A model generated the notes under the pieces. The model saw only the letters and a program-made list of their open reading frames with translations, did no database searches and was not told the origin of the DNA. The translations under genes were made by a program, and so were the position numbers. A stretch of 59,677 bases of DNA, the filler included, from Basidioascus undulatus (Eukaryota), in the NCBI GenBank assembly GCA_000826855.1. It is 6 parts of 6 records of this genome, joined end to end, with 100 filler letters (N's around TTAATTAATTAA, not from the genome) between each part and the next. Parts side by side here need not be neighbours in the genome. Positions count along the whole stretch, not along the records: positions 1 to 26,956 come from JTLS01000174.1; 5 more parts are not named here. One strand, written 5' to 3'. Positions 1 through 12,194 of the stretch are shown one piece after another. How positions within the stretch are numbered: position 1 is the stretch's first letter; every line of letters starts with the position of its first letter.

Positions 1-170
1 GCTGCTGCGGCGGTAGGAGAGGGCTTGTTGGCTTGGGGAGGAGCGCGGTGGGGTATTGATGGCGAGGGGGGTGGGACGAAGGAGGGCGCGGTGGAAAGGG
101 GGCGGAGGTGCAGGGGAGTGAGGGTGCAGGGGATAACCCCCCGGCGGAGAAGAGGGCGGAGGGATGCCAT
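1..170 (-). CDS. N-terminus of a probable mitochondrial protein (runs off window)
   Basis: ATG at 170 opens MASLRPLLRRGVIPCTLTPLHLRPLSTAPSFVPP..., Arg/Leu/Ser-rich with no acidic residues like a mitochondrial presequence; frame open to window edge; head-to-head with DAD2. Confidence 0.55.
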   Translation of the reverse strand, partial: MASLRPLLRRGVIPCTLTPLHLRPLSTAPSFVPPPSPSIPHRAPPQANKPSPTAAA

Positions 171-353
171 GCTTGATAGCGAGGAGGAGGAGCAAGGCAA
201 GGCGAGGGGAGAAGACCGAGGAGTGCCAAAGGGGAAGGCGCCTTTCGGCCCCAGCAGACTTCTTCGCCCGAAACATTACTGACTTGTCCTCAGCAAGTCG
301 CGACCCCGACGCGTCCTCCTTTCCTCCCTTCATTCTCACCAAAACCACAAACG

Positions 354-824
354 ATGCAGCCCCGCCCGACCTCCTCGCGCACCTCACTCCACCCGTCCCT
401 CTCCCGCCCCGCGAACCAGCCCTCTCTCACCTCCCTCCTCCCCGCCAAGGCCCTCGAGCTCCAGGGCCTGCAGGAAGTAAAGGCCGCGACGGCGGACCTC
501 CTTGCGCGCGTCGAGGCGCTGGGCGACAAGGCGGACCTCATGAGCGACGGGGGGGAGGCGGTCGGGGATGTCTTGAGGAATTGGGCTGAGGTGTTTCGGG
601 TTATTGCGGTGGTCGGTGAGTTGCGAGGGGTGCGGCTGAGTGCGGGATGGAGACTGATGTTGGGGATGAGGTGCGCGACAGGCAAAAAGCAAGCGCAGGA
701 GGAGGCCGAGGGAAGAGAGACAGGGGAGGACACTGTTTGTGTTGGAGCAGGGGAGACGGGCGAGGGTGAGAGGGAGGTGGAGAAGCTTGTGAGAGTGCCG
801 CTGGATGATGACGTTGAGCTGTGA
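354..824 (+). CDS. DAD2: DASH/Dam1 kinetochore complex subunit Dad2 (intron 616-681)
   Basis: KALELQGLQEVK...LMSDGGEAVGDVLRNWAEVFRVI and terminal LVRVPL match the Dad2 family; GTGAGT...CTGAT...CAG intron of 66 nt. Confidence 0.85.
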   Translation: MQPRPTSSRTSLHPSLSRPANQPSLTSLLPAKALELQGLQEVKAATADLLARVEALGDKADLMSDGGEAVGDVLRNWAEVFRVIAVVGELRGVRLSAGWRLMLGMRCATGKKQAQEEAEGRETGEDTVCVGAGETGEGEREVEKLVRVPLDDDVEL

Positions 825-1555
825 GCGAGTCCGTGCTTGGGTGTGGTACGCTGGTGGCTGTGGGTGCATTCGGGGAGATGCGCCGTGCAATTGGACATTC
901 CACATTCCGGATGCAGCACACCTAGCGAGCAGAACAGGCGCTCCAGGAAAGAGGAGGATGGCACGCCCAGCGCGTGGAAGAGTCGTTGCACAGCGAATTT
1001 GCTTTTCGCGGCAGTCTGCTTTGACTGGCTTCATGCGCTGTGTCTATGTTTGTCTTGTTATCCACACGTGCTTCCGCTTCAATTGTCTCACCAATCATCG
1101 TCAACAGCTCTGAGTGCCGGAAAGTACGCCGGGGGTAAAGTGGTACATAGGTCGTTCTTGACAAGTTTGGCACGGTTTCAGTTGCCTCGGCTACTGTGGC
1201 ACCCCCTCCCAACTCGTGTATACCAAACTGGATGCCCACATCCACTCTTTGTTGTTCACGCAACCAAAGCAGACAATTCAACTCAAAGTTGCTGTTGACT
1301 TTGGCTCGCCTCCACCCCGCTCGCCATCCCCCGTCGCTCTCGCGCCGTGTCTCGTGTCGCGCGCGTGCCTGGCCAGCGCACGAAGCTCGCTCTGGCTCTC
1401 CCGTCTTCTGTCTTCCTTCTCGCACCCACCTCATCCCACTCCCACCTCTTCCCCCCTCCACACCCTTTCTTTCGGCTACAAGCTAGACAGGCTCGGCAGC
1501 TTGTCTATCGCATACCTACACGACACACAAACACCCCCCTCAGAGCACACAGAAG

Positions 1556-4500
1556 ATGGCCCAGCCTCTTTCTGCCGCGGCCCTCCAGGCTAAGCACGCT
1601 GAGGCCCAGCGCGCGGAGCCGGTGTTCCATGTGAGTTATTGCTTCGGATGGATTGGAGAGGAGCAAGCGGGTGGGATGTGGGAGTGAAGGGGCCCGGCGA
1701 CTGACGCCTCCCTCGCTCCCTGCCCATCTCAGTTCGACGAGAACTCCCCGGACCCCTTCCCGGCCATCGCGGACTCTCCCGCGCCCACTCGGAAGAAGGC
1801 CGCCCCCTCCTCCTCGCTGGACGTGTCCTCCGAGTCCGCCTTCCCCTCCCTCGCCGCCCCGCCGCCTCGCCCCGCCGCTGGGCTCTGGGGCGCCGGCGCC
1901 TCGAGCAAGATCAAGTCCGCCGCTGCGTCCGCGCCGTCGCCCGTCCCGTCCTCCTCGGGCCGCTCGACGCCCTCGGGGATCGAGCAGCCCGTCATCGCCC
2001 GCTCCGTCTTCCAGGACTCGCTCGCCCTCCCCCAGGCGCACATCCAGGCGGTCCTTTCTACGCCCGGCGAGGGCCGCCAGGCCCGCGAGAAGCCTAAGAC
2101 GGTCGGAGAGCTCCTCAAGAAGGTCATGAGCGCTACGGGCGCGCGGGTCGAGTCTAGCACCGCGAGCCAGACCAAGCTCACCACGTTCCTCGTCAAGGCG
2201 CCCAGCGAGGAGGCGGTTCAGAAGGCCAAGAAGATGCTGCTTGCTGCACTGTCGCGTCGCGTGAGTCGGCTTGGGGTGGTCTTGTGGGGAATGAGGGAAG
2301 ATGTGACTGATGGATGGGCGAGGATGGATAGATCACCCTCACCGTTGACGTCCCCAACTCGGTTCGCGCTGTGATCATCGGCCCGAAGGGTGCGTCTTCG
2401 CTTCCCCCACAGCCGCACCGCATCTTCCCACTAACCTCTCTCTCCTCTCACCCACCCAGGCGCGACCCTTAAGTCCATCACCGAGGCAACCGGGACGCGT
2501 ATCAACCTCCCTCCCCGCGACCCCAACGAGGCTGCTCCGACCTCTCGCGGCGCCGCGTCCGACTCGGACTCGGACTCGGACTCCGACGCCCCGGAGCCTA
2601 CCACCGCCCTCACAATCGAGGGCGACGAGCACTCCGCGTCCGACGCGCGCGCGCGGATCCTCGAGCTCGTCCGCGCAAACGCCGCTTCCGCGAGCAAGCG
2701 GGTGAAGCACATCCCGACGTCGTTCTACCCGCTCATCGCGCAGCGCTCGGGCGCGCTTGAGCAGACTCTGCAGGTCCAGATCGCCATCCCCAGCCAGGGG
2801 CGCTTGCGCGCCCTCGCGCACCAGGCTGTGGGAGAGGAGAGCGAGCTCAGCGAGAAGGAGCGCGCGCGTAGCGCCGCGATTGTCGTCAAGGGCGAGAAGG
2901 CGCAGATTAAGAAGGCTGTTGCGGCGCTGGAGAGGCTGTATGACGATGCGGTGCGTCTGGCTGTGTCTTTTGTTTCCTTTCTTGTCTGTCTGGGGTAGAG
3001 GGCAAAAAGGCGTGGGATTGCGTTGGGTGGTTGGAGCTGACATGTGCGGAGGTATGGAACAGCAACGCACGACGCGCACGATCACCATCCCCATCCCGAA
3101 GCGGCAGCACCGCACGCTCATCGGGCCCGTCGGTGACGAGATCCTCGCGCAGACGTCGTGCATCGTCGAGCTCCCGCCCATCGACGAGGCGTCCGACAAC
3201 TGCACGATCCGCGGGCCGCAGGCGAAGCTCCCTGCTGCGCTGCAACTCGTTCGTCATCCTCCCCTCCTCTCTCCTCTCCCCTTCACTTTCTTCTGGGTAT
3301 GTTGTGTTTACATGATGTGGCGGTGGTGGATCCACAGGTGATGGAGAAAGCCAACGCCCAAGCAGTCGAGACGGTCGACCTTCTCAGCGCGCACCGCTCT
3401 GGCGGCGGGCTCGACTACGGCAAGTCCCTCCTGCGGTACCTCCTGCGCACGGGCAAGCTGCGCAAGATCGCGGACGCGCACACCGGCGCGAAGATCTACC
3501 CCCCGCGCCCAGCGTTCATCGAGAGCTCCGGCACCGTCGTGCTCGACATCGTCGCGGATGAGCCGGAGAAGGCGGAGAAGACCCGCGAGGAGGTCGCGGA
3601 GCTCGTTAAGGGCATCCCCCCCTCTGCGGTCGAGGTCGTTGAGATCGACTATCTGCTGCACCGTCACCTTGTCGGGAAGAAGTGCGTCTCTGGCTCTTTC
3701 TCTTTTCCGTCCATCTTAATACTCCCCAGTCGCTTACCTGCTCCTGGTACTCGCAGGGCCCGCGCCTTCGAGGACGCCAAGTCCGTCGCGCTCGTGTTCC
3801 CGCCGCAGGACGAGGACCGCTCCGAGGTGATCCTCGTGTACACTGCCGCGCCGTCGCTCGGCAAGGAGGGCAAGTCGCGCGACGTCGAGATCCGCGAGGC
3901 CGTCGAGGACGCGAAGAAGGAGCTCGACAGGCTCGTCAAGCAGGCGGCGGAGATCACGAGCCGCACGATCAACGTCGACCCCAAGTTCCACGGCGCTATC
4001 ATGTGCGTTTATACGCTCTCATGTGCTTGCTTCTGGGGTCAGTGGGTGCTGATGCGAGGTGGGGGGTTGCAGCGGCCCGCACGGCACGACGCTGAACGCG
4101 TGGGTCGATGGTCTTCTGGCTTTGGATGAGGGGGAGGTCGAGGCTGATTTGGATGTGAGGGGTGTGCAGCGTCATCGGCGAGGACAAGGCCGTCTCGGTC
4201 CAGATCGGCTCGAGCAAGCCCGGCAAGGAGTCCAAAGGTACGCCAGCGATCAAGGGGGACGAGATCCTCGTCCGCGGGCCGAAGGACGAGGTCGAGCGCG
4301 TCGTCGGAGAGCTGCTCCGCATCGCGGAGGAGGCGGCGAACCACGATATCATCCACGGCTACGTATGTCTGGCTTCTCCTGAGCGAGGCGAGGAAAGTGC
4401 AGTTGGTTGATGGATTGGTATCGTGGGACTGGGGTAGACGGTCAACTTCGAGATCGAGTCGCAGTACGTGCCCCACCTCGTCGGCAAGGCCGGCGCGGCC

Positions 4501-6919
4501 ATCTCGCGCCTGCGCGAGGCGCTCGGCGTCAACGTCGACTTTGACGACCAGGCCCCCGCCGACGTTTCTGCGCCCGCCAAGAAGCCCTCCAAGAAGGCCA
4601 AGACAGGCGTGAAGATTGTCGGCCGCAAGGAGAACGTCGAGGAGGCCAAGAAGCGCGTATTGGCCCAGGTCGAGAAGTTTGTGCGTCGACAAGAAGGTTG
4701 GGGGTGGGGGAAAGAGAGGTGCTGATGAGGAGGTGCTTTGGTGGGTTGACAGGCGGACGAGACCACCGAGAAGATCAAGGTCGCGCCGCAGTACCACGCT
4801 TCGCTCATCGGCTCGGGCGGCAAGTATGCGATCCGCCTCGAGGAGAAGCACGGCGTCAAGGCGAGTCGCTGTTCCCCTGAACACCATCCAGGAATGAAGT
4901 GAAGCTGACTGGGATTGCGTGGGGTGGATGCAGATCACCTTCCCGCGCGACCGCGAGGCGACCGAGGGCAACGACGAGGTCCTCATCCGCGGCGGCAAGA
5001 AGGGCGTCGCGCAGGCCAAGGCCGAGATCCTCGAGGCGCTCGAGTTCGAGAAGGAGCACTCCAACTCAGCCACCGTCTCCGTTCCCGCTGCGGCCATCCC
5101 GCGCATCGTCGGTAAGGGCGGCAGCCAGATCAACGAGATCAAGGAGGCCGTGAGTTTATTACGCTCTACGAAGGAGTCAAGGGGAGCGTACGCTGATGTG
5201 CTTTGTCCGGTGCGACTCGACAGACCGACGCCCAGATCGATGTCGACCGCTCAGGAGAGGGCGCTACTACCATGATCACCCTCCGCGGCACGAAGAAGGT
5301 GCGTCGAGCGCGGTGTCTAACGACAACACAGGAGTTTGCTGACTCCCTCTTTTTTCATGATCAGGCCATCGCCGCTGCTAAGTCCGCGATCCTCGCCATC
5401 TCGAACGAGATCTCGTCGCAGGACACGGTCGTGATCGACTCGATCCCGAGCAAGTTCCACCGCACCATCATCGGGCCCGGCGGCTCGCGCCTCCGCGAGC
5501 TCGTCATCAAGGCCGGCGGCCCCGCCGAGGCGTCCGCGCAGGCTGGGCTGGTTCGCTTGTGCGTTGCTGTGTCCCTTTTTCGCACGGGTGGCCGTGGTTG
5601 ATCATTGTGCGTGTTGTGTCGGGTGGACAGCCCCCGTCAGGGTGAGGCGGGTGACAGCATCACCGTCCGCGGTGAGAAGAGCCTCGTCGCCAAGATCAAG
5701 GCCGAGCTCGAGCGCGTCGGCGGCGAGCTCCGCGACCGCGTTGTTCTCGGCACGTCTATCCCGGCTCCCTCCCACCGCGAGATCATGTGAGTCTTCCATG
5801 CACTCTCACCTTGCATCTTTTTACGTAGCAGCTCACCCGGTGCCCGTTTCCAGCGGCCGCGGCGGTACCGGTCTCCAGGCGCTCCAGGCTAAGCACAACG
5901 TCCAGATCCAGTTCCCCGGTTGGCGCGAGTACAACAGCTCCGGCGCGCCTGAGAACGCCGCCGAGCTCGAGTCCGCCCCGGCCGAGTCGATTGTTAAGGT
6001 TATCGGTGCCCGGCCCGCGGCTGAGGCTGCCATTCAGGACCTCTCGGTAAGCCGACCATCCTTCACTGAGTACGCCGGTCCAGTGCTGAGCCTCCTTCTG
6101 GTCTGCAGTCCCGCGCCACGGCCGCTGCGACTGTCTCGTCGACCATCAACGTTCCCGTCAAGTACCACCACGCGATCAGCGAGGGCGGTCAGTTCTTCCG
6201 CTCGCTGCGCTCGTACGGCGTGACGGTCGACCACTCCAAGGTCCCCGCCAAGCCGACTTCCGACCTGCCTAAGCCGAGCTTCCTCCCCGTCCAGTCGGGC
6301 GTGGCCGCTGCCGCTGCGCGCATCGACGCCGAAGAGGACACGGTCGAGGATGACGGCGAGCTGCCGGCTCACTCGTGGGAGGTCCTGCCCCTGCACGCCT
6401 CTGAGGAGGAGGAGGACGCGACCTGGACCGGTACGTCTTCCATTCTCTGCTTGAGCTCGTTCCTGTGCTCATGCGGCTCTGCACTGCAGTCAAGGCCAAG
6501 GACCAGGCCGGCCTCGACCGCGCCGAGAAGGCCATCCGCGACGCCATCACCCGCGCTGAGAAGACGACGCATGTCGGCTACCTCACCCTCTCCGACCGCA
6601 GCAGCTTCCCTCGCATCGTTGGCACCAAGGTCCGGTAGCGTCTCGTGATGCTTGTTGCGCAATGCATGCTGACGCGGAATGATGTTGCGGTGAACAGGGC
6701 AGCGGCATCCAGAAGATCCGCGGCACCACTGAGGCCGAAGTCACCGTCTCCCGCGACGGCGACGTGCCGCTCATTACCCTCGTTGGTACGTCTTGACCCT
6801 GGTTCTTCCTCCGACTTGTACGCCTCCTGTGCTGACACCGTTTCTCTTTAGGTTCCCGCGACGCCGTCGAAAAGGCCAAGGACTACATCCTCACCATCCG
6901 CCCGAACCGCCGCTACTAA
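1556..6919 (+). CDS. SCP160: Vigilin/Scp160 multi-KH-domain RNA-binding protein (many introns)
   Basis: Repeated KH GxxG loops across exons (VIIGPKG, HRTLIGPVG, PHLVGKAG, HASLIGSGG, PRIVGKGG, HRTIIGPGG, PRIVGTK); first exon MAQPLSAAALQ; stop TAA 6917-6919; GC-AG intron at 4861-4933. Confidence 0.92.
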
Positions 6920-7464
6920 CGGCTGGGCGGTTGCGCTTCATACCTCTCACCTTTTCATCCCCTGTAACATCCTTTCCTCTTCTTTCGCCACCGCAACATC
7001 TTGTCTTTGATTTTCCTCACGCATCGACATTGTCGACTTCTCTTGAATTGTTCGTTTTTGGGGTCGCAGGGGCTGTCGGTCTGGTGGGAGGGAGGAACAG
7101 TCATAATGCACAAAATCGCACCGCACGATCAGCGCTTGTTACCTTGGACTTATTTTGCAGTTCAGAAGCATCTTTCCTGCTCTAATTGCAAGCGGGGCGG
7201 GACGAAGGCTGCGAGCGGAGCGGTAAGTGGTAGGCAGCAGCAGCGCTGGAGGCCGAGACGGACATCATCGCGAACACTGGCTATAAAAGGCCGTTCGAAC
7301 GGTGCACTGGGCTTGTCACGAAATAAAGCGGCCTGAAAAGAAGTGAGAATATTCGGTCTGGCTGAGGTCTGATTGTTTGTCCGCGATGAGCTTAGGTCCT
7401 TGGCTTCGTCCATCATCAGCTTCTCAGCATGGACTTCATCTGCCCTCCTCGCTTGCCCTAGGCA

Positions 7465-8490
7465 ATGGTGAGTCACCTTTTTTTTTTGACCCGGAACGGT
7501 TCTCAATTTGTATTGACTCTACCTTTTCCCAGTCCAAGAGGCCAGCAGAAGCAGTTGCCGGAGACCACCCCATCCGCGAAGCGCATCGCGCGCGGCGGGA
7601 TTGGCAGAGTCCTCATCGGACATCATTCTGGAGTCCAAGGTTGAGGAAAGATTTCCCATAAGTCTATTATTTCGCATTGTCATGGCCTGACAGTGTTAGC
7701 TGAGCCTTTTCGATGCGCTGCAGGTGCACCGTCGCAATCTCGAGGTGGTGTCGTCTGAGCTTAAATTTCCATAAATGGTGCTGACTTTGTCCTGGTCTTT
7801 CATCAGATGCATTCTCCCGTGTTTGCGAACATCCTGTCCCTGCCCACCCCTCTCGACGACGCGTCCTCTTCCTTGCTCGAGCCGGTCCTTCCGATCGTCC
7901 GGCTGGAGGAGTCCGCTGAGGTCCTGCGCGTCCTCCTCCCGTACATCTACCCCAGCCCACCGTCAACGGCCAGCCTAGTCGGTGAACTGCACGGCATGCG
8001 GGCACTTGGTGCGACCTCACTGAAGGCTCGTTGCCGCCGCGCTCAAGTACGAGTTGTCATCGGCGGTCTGCACGCCTACGTCCTCGCGCCGTGGAAACTC
8101 GACGTGCAACAAATCTGCAGGATCGCCGCAGAAGCTGGAGAGCTACTTGATAGTGTCGCCATCGCCGCTTCGCGCCATGTACGCTTCAGCGAGTGGATCG
8201 AGCATGCCTTGCGCACTCGGATCCCGTCGCGTTACGTCCTTGCGCTCGTCAAGCTCCAACAGCAACATCAGGCGCTCCATAGCCGAAAGGGTTGGAGTGC
8301 GCATCTCGCCTTGTGCAACAAAACAGATGTTGAGGCGGCGTTCGTCTCCCAAGGTCTGGCGGACGTCGACACCGAGCGCTTGCATTGCCCGGATCTGGCC
8401 GCCAACGCCGACATCTGCGAGGGGAAGGCAGCCCGGATGGTGCTGAAGATGAGCGACTCTGAGGTTTGGTTTCTCCTTTGCAAGCGGTGA
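7465..8490 (+). pseudogene. BTB/POZ-domain gene, apparently disrupted
   Basis: Reconstructed DIILESK..RFP / VHRRNLE / MHSPVFANILSLP...VRLEESAEVLRVLLPYIYP is the basidiomycete BTB pattern; needs a frameshift near 7617 and the expected donor reads ATAAGT (7658) instead of GTAAGT; TATAAAA at 7283. Confidence 0.65.
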
Positions 8491-8769
8491 GCTCCAACTC
8501 AAGCACTCCGCATTTGTTGCGTCTCCTACCGGCTGTCCCCTGATCGAGTTTAGTCTGCGGAAATCGGGCTTCCGCACTTCGAGTGCGAGGAATGCACGGC
8601 GGGAATCCGAAAGAGTGTTATGAAGTGGCAGGAGAAATGGGAGAAGCTTCCGAGCGTCATCGAGCTTTCATGATGACATCCCTGTCTGCCGAGACTGGCT
8701 ATAGCTGTGATGCTTCAACCGCGTTTGCACGCCCACGCCCATGCCCGCGTCCTAAATATCTGTAGGAAG

Positions 8770-10394
8770 TCATTCTCGTGTGCTCCACCCGACAAGCATC
8801 TTGCAGTTGCCCAACAGATGCCGCATTGCCCTAGTCCAGCCTTCCTCCCCAGCCCCGCCCGCGAATTGTCCCGGGAGCCGGACACTGTGATCGCCTATTC
8901 GGTCCTTGCTGATACTGTTCGAGCGAAGGGCATGCCACGTAAATAAGCAAAGCCAGTCAAGGCGATGCATTTGATGAAAGGTCAAGGACGAACCGGTGCG
9001 GCCAGCGGATAGAAGGGTCGCGCGCGGAAGCGAAGTCCATCGCTTGCCGGAGGAGGTCGAGGAAGAGAATCATTGCTTGGTCGAAACGCCGGGTGTGTAG
9101 GACCGAGAGTGCCGAGCCGGGGTGGTACCTGTCACGGCTCCGTTCCATGTCAGCGAGGAAGGACAGTGTGATGTACAGCGGTACGGACAGTTCGAGGGGT
9201 TCCCACCGCCCACTGCCGCCCTGCGTTGGCGCCTTCTCCACACGCGAGAATGAGCCGAGAGGAACGAGGCGGGCACTGTCGAAGAAGCTTAGCAACGACC
9301 AAGAAATCGGAGGTGCTGAAAAGAGCCGCAACGCACCCTTGGAACTCCAGCCCGACCTTCTTCGCCACGCTGTACAGCAACAGCGCGGTTTGCCCCCAGG
9401 CAGCATTGACTTCCGCCCACTCCACGCCCTCGCCCCTCCCCAGCCGCAAGCCGCAGATCGTTCCGACCCCGCCCTCGTGCCCGATGGCGAACGCGTCCGC
9501 CCAGACGTTCGCGCGCTCGAGCTTTGACAGATCGGCCGCAGCATGGGCGTGTGCAGTGCGCACAGACGCGAGCTCGGATGCTTGTTGCTGCGCTGCGAGA
9601 ATCTGGGACGAGTGAAGTCGAAGGAACCTGCAGTTTCGATGGTTAGCGAGCGATGTTGTCTGGGACGAGGGTATGCGCACTGCGCCTCCTCCAACGCCAG
9701 AGCAGCTTCCTGTTGCTCAAGTTCCGCCAGCTCAGCATCCAACTCGTCTCGTTCCAGCTCCAATCGCTTGAGCTCGTCGACGCCGCGGTGCTCCTCCTTC
9801 AGCTGTTCTGAGCCGCCTCGTCAACAACCTTCCCGCATCTCCCTCGGGAAAGAAATCGCGCACCATCTCTATCCTCTTAAGGGCGTCCTCCTCACTCCCC
9901 TCATCCTTCTCTAACGCCTTCGCGCTCTGCTCGAACGCAATGTAGGCGTCCCGCTCGCGCTTCGCGTCCTCGAACTGGCGCGACAGCGCCTCGAGCAGGA
10001 CGGACGCACAGTCGACGCAGAGGGGGTGGTCGATCTCTGTGCGTCCGCTGAGAAGCGAGAAAAGCTGGAGCTTGTGCGAGATGGGCGTGTGGGTGGTGGT
10101 GGAAGAGGGGGTGGAGGGGACGTGAATGAAGGACTCGGCGGGGTTGGCGTTCGGTCTTCGAGATGGGGGCTCGACGAGACGCCGCGATAATGGTGCGCCA
10201 GGAGAGGATGCAGAGTTCGCGTAGTACGATGGGAGCTGGATTTTGGATGCGGCAGTGTCGAGCAGGGGCGGTTGGGGGTGGGCGGGCACGGTCGAGGACA
10301 GCATGTCGTACGTGCCCTGCCCGACGGTCGACAGCGAATCGTCGAGACGGAGCGGCTGCCGACACCGCTGGCAGACGAGCGAATGTGAGTCCAT
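8770..10394 (-). CDS. ATG6: Beclin-1/Atg6 (Vps30) autophagy PI3K complex subunit
   Basis: CQRCRQPL N-terminus, IDHPLCVDC, coiled coil, NVWADAFAIGHEGGVGTICGLRLGR, WAEVNAAWGQTALLL, RRFDQAMILFLD, WTRAMRHLLGNCK; spliced over GT-AG introns. Confidence 0.95.
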
Positions 10395-10639
10395 GAGTAG
10401 CGCTGAGTATCCAGAGAAAGGCAGTATAGTCGGTAGCAGTTGCGGTTCAAGGTCGTACACGAGCCAGGTGTGGGCACTCACGTGCAACCAGGCGCCCAGA
10501 AAAGCGACAAACTCGAGGCCATCAAAAGGTTATAGAGTATGTGTTGAAAGGCGAATGCCTCAAGAAAATGAAACCTTTTAGACGGGAAGGGTGTGAGGAC
10601 AAAATGTTAGGAGACCAACAAAAAAGCGACCAAAAGATG

Positions 10640-10731
10640 CGACCAGAGCAGGATTTGAACCTACGCGGGCAGAGCCCATGAGATGTCGACTTCATTCGAG
10701 TCTCACGCCTTAACCGCTCGGCCATCTGGTC
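10640..10731 (-). tRNA. tRNA-Ser(CGA) with 10-nt intron (10685-10694)
   Basis: Reverse complement GACCAGA-TGGCCGAGCGGTTAAGGC-G-TGAGA-CTCGAA[TGAAGTCGAC]A-TCTCA, long variable arm, GGTTCAAATCC B box, TCTGGTC-G acceptor; T-runs downstream act as Pol III terminator. Confidence 0.95.
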
Positions 10732-12194
10732 ATACTCCATGATCAGATAAAAAAATAAATGAACCATGTGTAATCTATTCCTTACATTCTACAGCCCATC
10801 GATCCTTGCTCATGCATCCAAATATGACAAATTTGTTCTAGGTCGAGGCACAACCTCATGTCTTGTACATGAAATTTCAAGGTGGGGACGTGGGGCCGCC
10901 GCCTCAAGGGCGTGGTTGCACTAAAGTGCCTACGGCTACACCCAACGCGTTATGCAATTGGAAAGGTGGTCGTAAGCTATCGAGTCGCATCCGCAGACCC
11001 AATTCACAAAGTATCCGACTCCGGTCACTAATGAAGTCGCCGCCAACGCCAGAAGCGTGAGAGCAGAAAGTTGGGCTGCGCTTGGCCACTTTCTCATTGA
11101 CAGCGATGGCATGCAGACCTCTTCTGATGTTCTAGATCACTCCAATACCCCTGAATCGGCGCCTGGTGGAATCGGAGAGCTTGAGGCAGGGTGCGCCAGT
11201 ACCTGTCTTTTCGACCGAAGAATAGAATCTATCTAACCAATCTGTCAAAAGCAACGCAATCAGTTGCGTTGTCAAGTTATGTCACCTTTTGCCTGTATCA
11301 GGCCGAGCTCCCAGCCACTGTGGTTGCAGCGTTCAACGAAGACTGTCCATAGTGACCTTCGTCGCACCGCTGTCTCGATGTGCCCACCACTCGTAGAAGA
11401 GTCCACGCCCTGAGCTAATGTGTACTTTTTATGACGAACTTAGCATCAGCATTCCTACTTGCAGGCGCCGCTTCTCTCGCTGCAGCATCGTAGCTCATGA
11501 AGAGGGGCGGTCTGTTGCGAGTCGATTAGTACGATGCCGGTTTTCTACCTCGGCTTCCAGTTGGCTTGCAGGTCACCCAGTACACCGGGACGATTAATAA
11601 CAGTGTGGCTTACTTGACAAGGTGCGCAGCCGTCGATCGTGCCCGCTGTGCTGAAGAACGCGCTTGGCACGGTAAGGCAGTCCTTGAAGGTGTGAACGTT
11701 GTGTGAGCTCCATGCATTTCTGTTTCGTGTCGTGGGCTTCTTTACTGACTTGTGAAGCATCTGCAACAAAGAACCGCGAACAATTATGGTATCGTTCGTT
11801 GTACGTGATTACTGAATTCCCTGAATCCATGAATTTCTGGGGGCGAATACTTTCAGGCATTGACGAAACTGCCGTTCTAGCGGTTGAGCACGTGTCAATA
11901 GCCGGGGTCTTGATCATCGGCAACCATTAACTTACACTAGCCTGCTTGCATGTCGATGCAGGCCTTGGCGCTTTTGGCTCCCTTTAAGGTGTTGTTATGG
12001 TAAGCGTAGTGCTGTGGCATTCGATTTATCGGAGCTGGTTCGGTGGATACTCTAGGCGCCAATCGGCGGACCCCTTAAAGGGCTTGCTCAGCGACCGTCG
12101 AGTCTGCTTCACAACCCACCCTCACGACCTTGAACGAAGTGCTCACGACGTCTTTACGATATTGCCTATTCTAATTTTGCACATTTCTCATAAG

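Noticed and set aside
2561..2584. GACTCG hexamer repeat
   Set aside because: Encodes a DSDSDSDS acidic linker in Scp160; ordinary coding microsatellite.
4039..5142. Long antisense and alternative-frame ORFs (also 27001-28035, 28232-29575, 53425-54489)
   Set aside because: Shadows of high-GC3 coding sequence on the other strand or frame; no motifs.
7658..7722. AT-starting intron as U12-type or rescued by A-to-I editing
   Set aside because: No ATATCCTT consensus or AC end, and an adjacent frameshift points to simple decay.
10640..10731. Ser tRNA as a sign of codon reassignment or selenocysteine
   Set aside because: After removing the 10-nt intron the anticodon is CGA (ordinary UCG-Ser), not CAG or TCA.
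11252..11271. Hairpin caacgcaa-tcag-ttgcgttg
   Set aside because: An 8-bp stem is expected by chance in 60 kb; no supporting RNA context.
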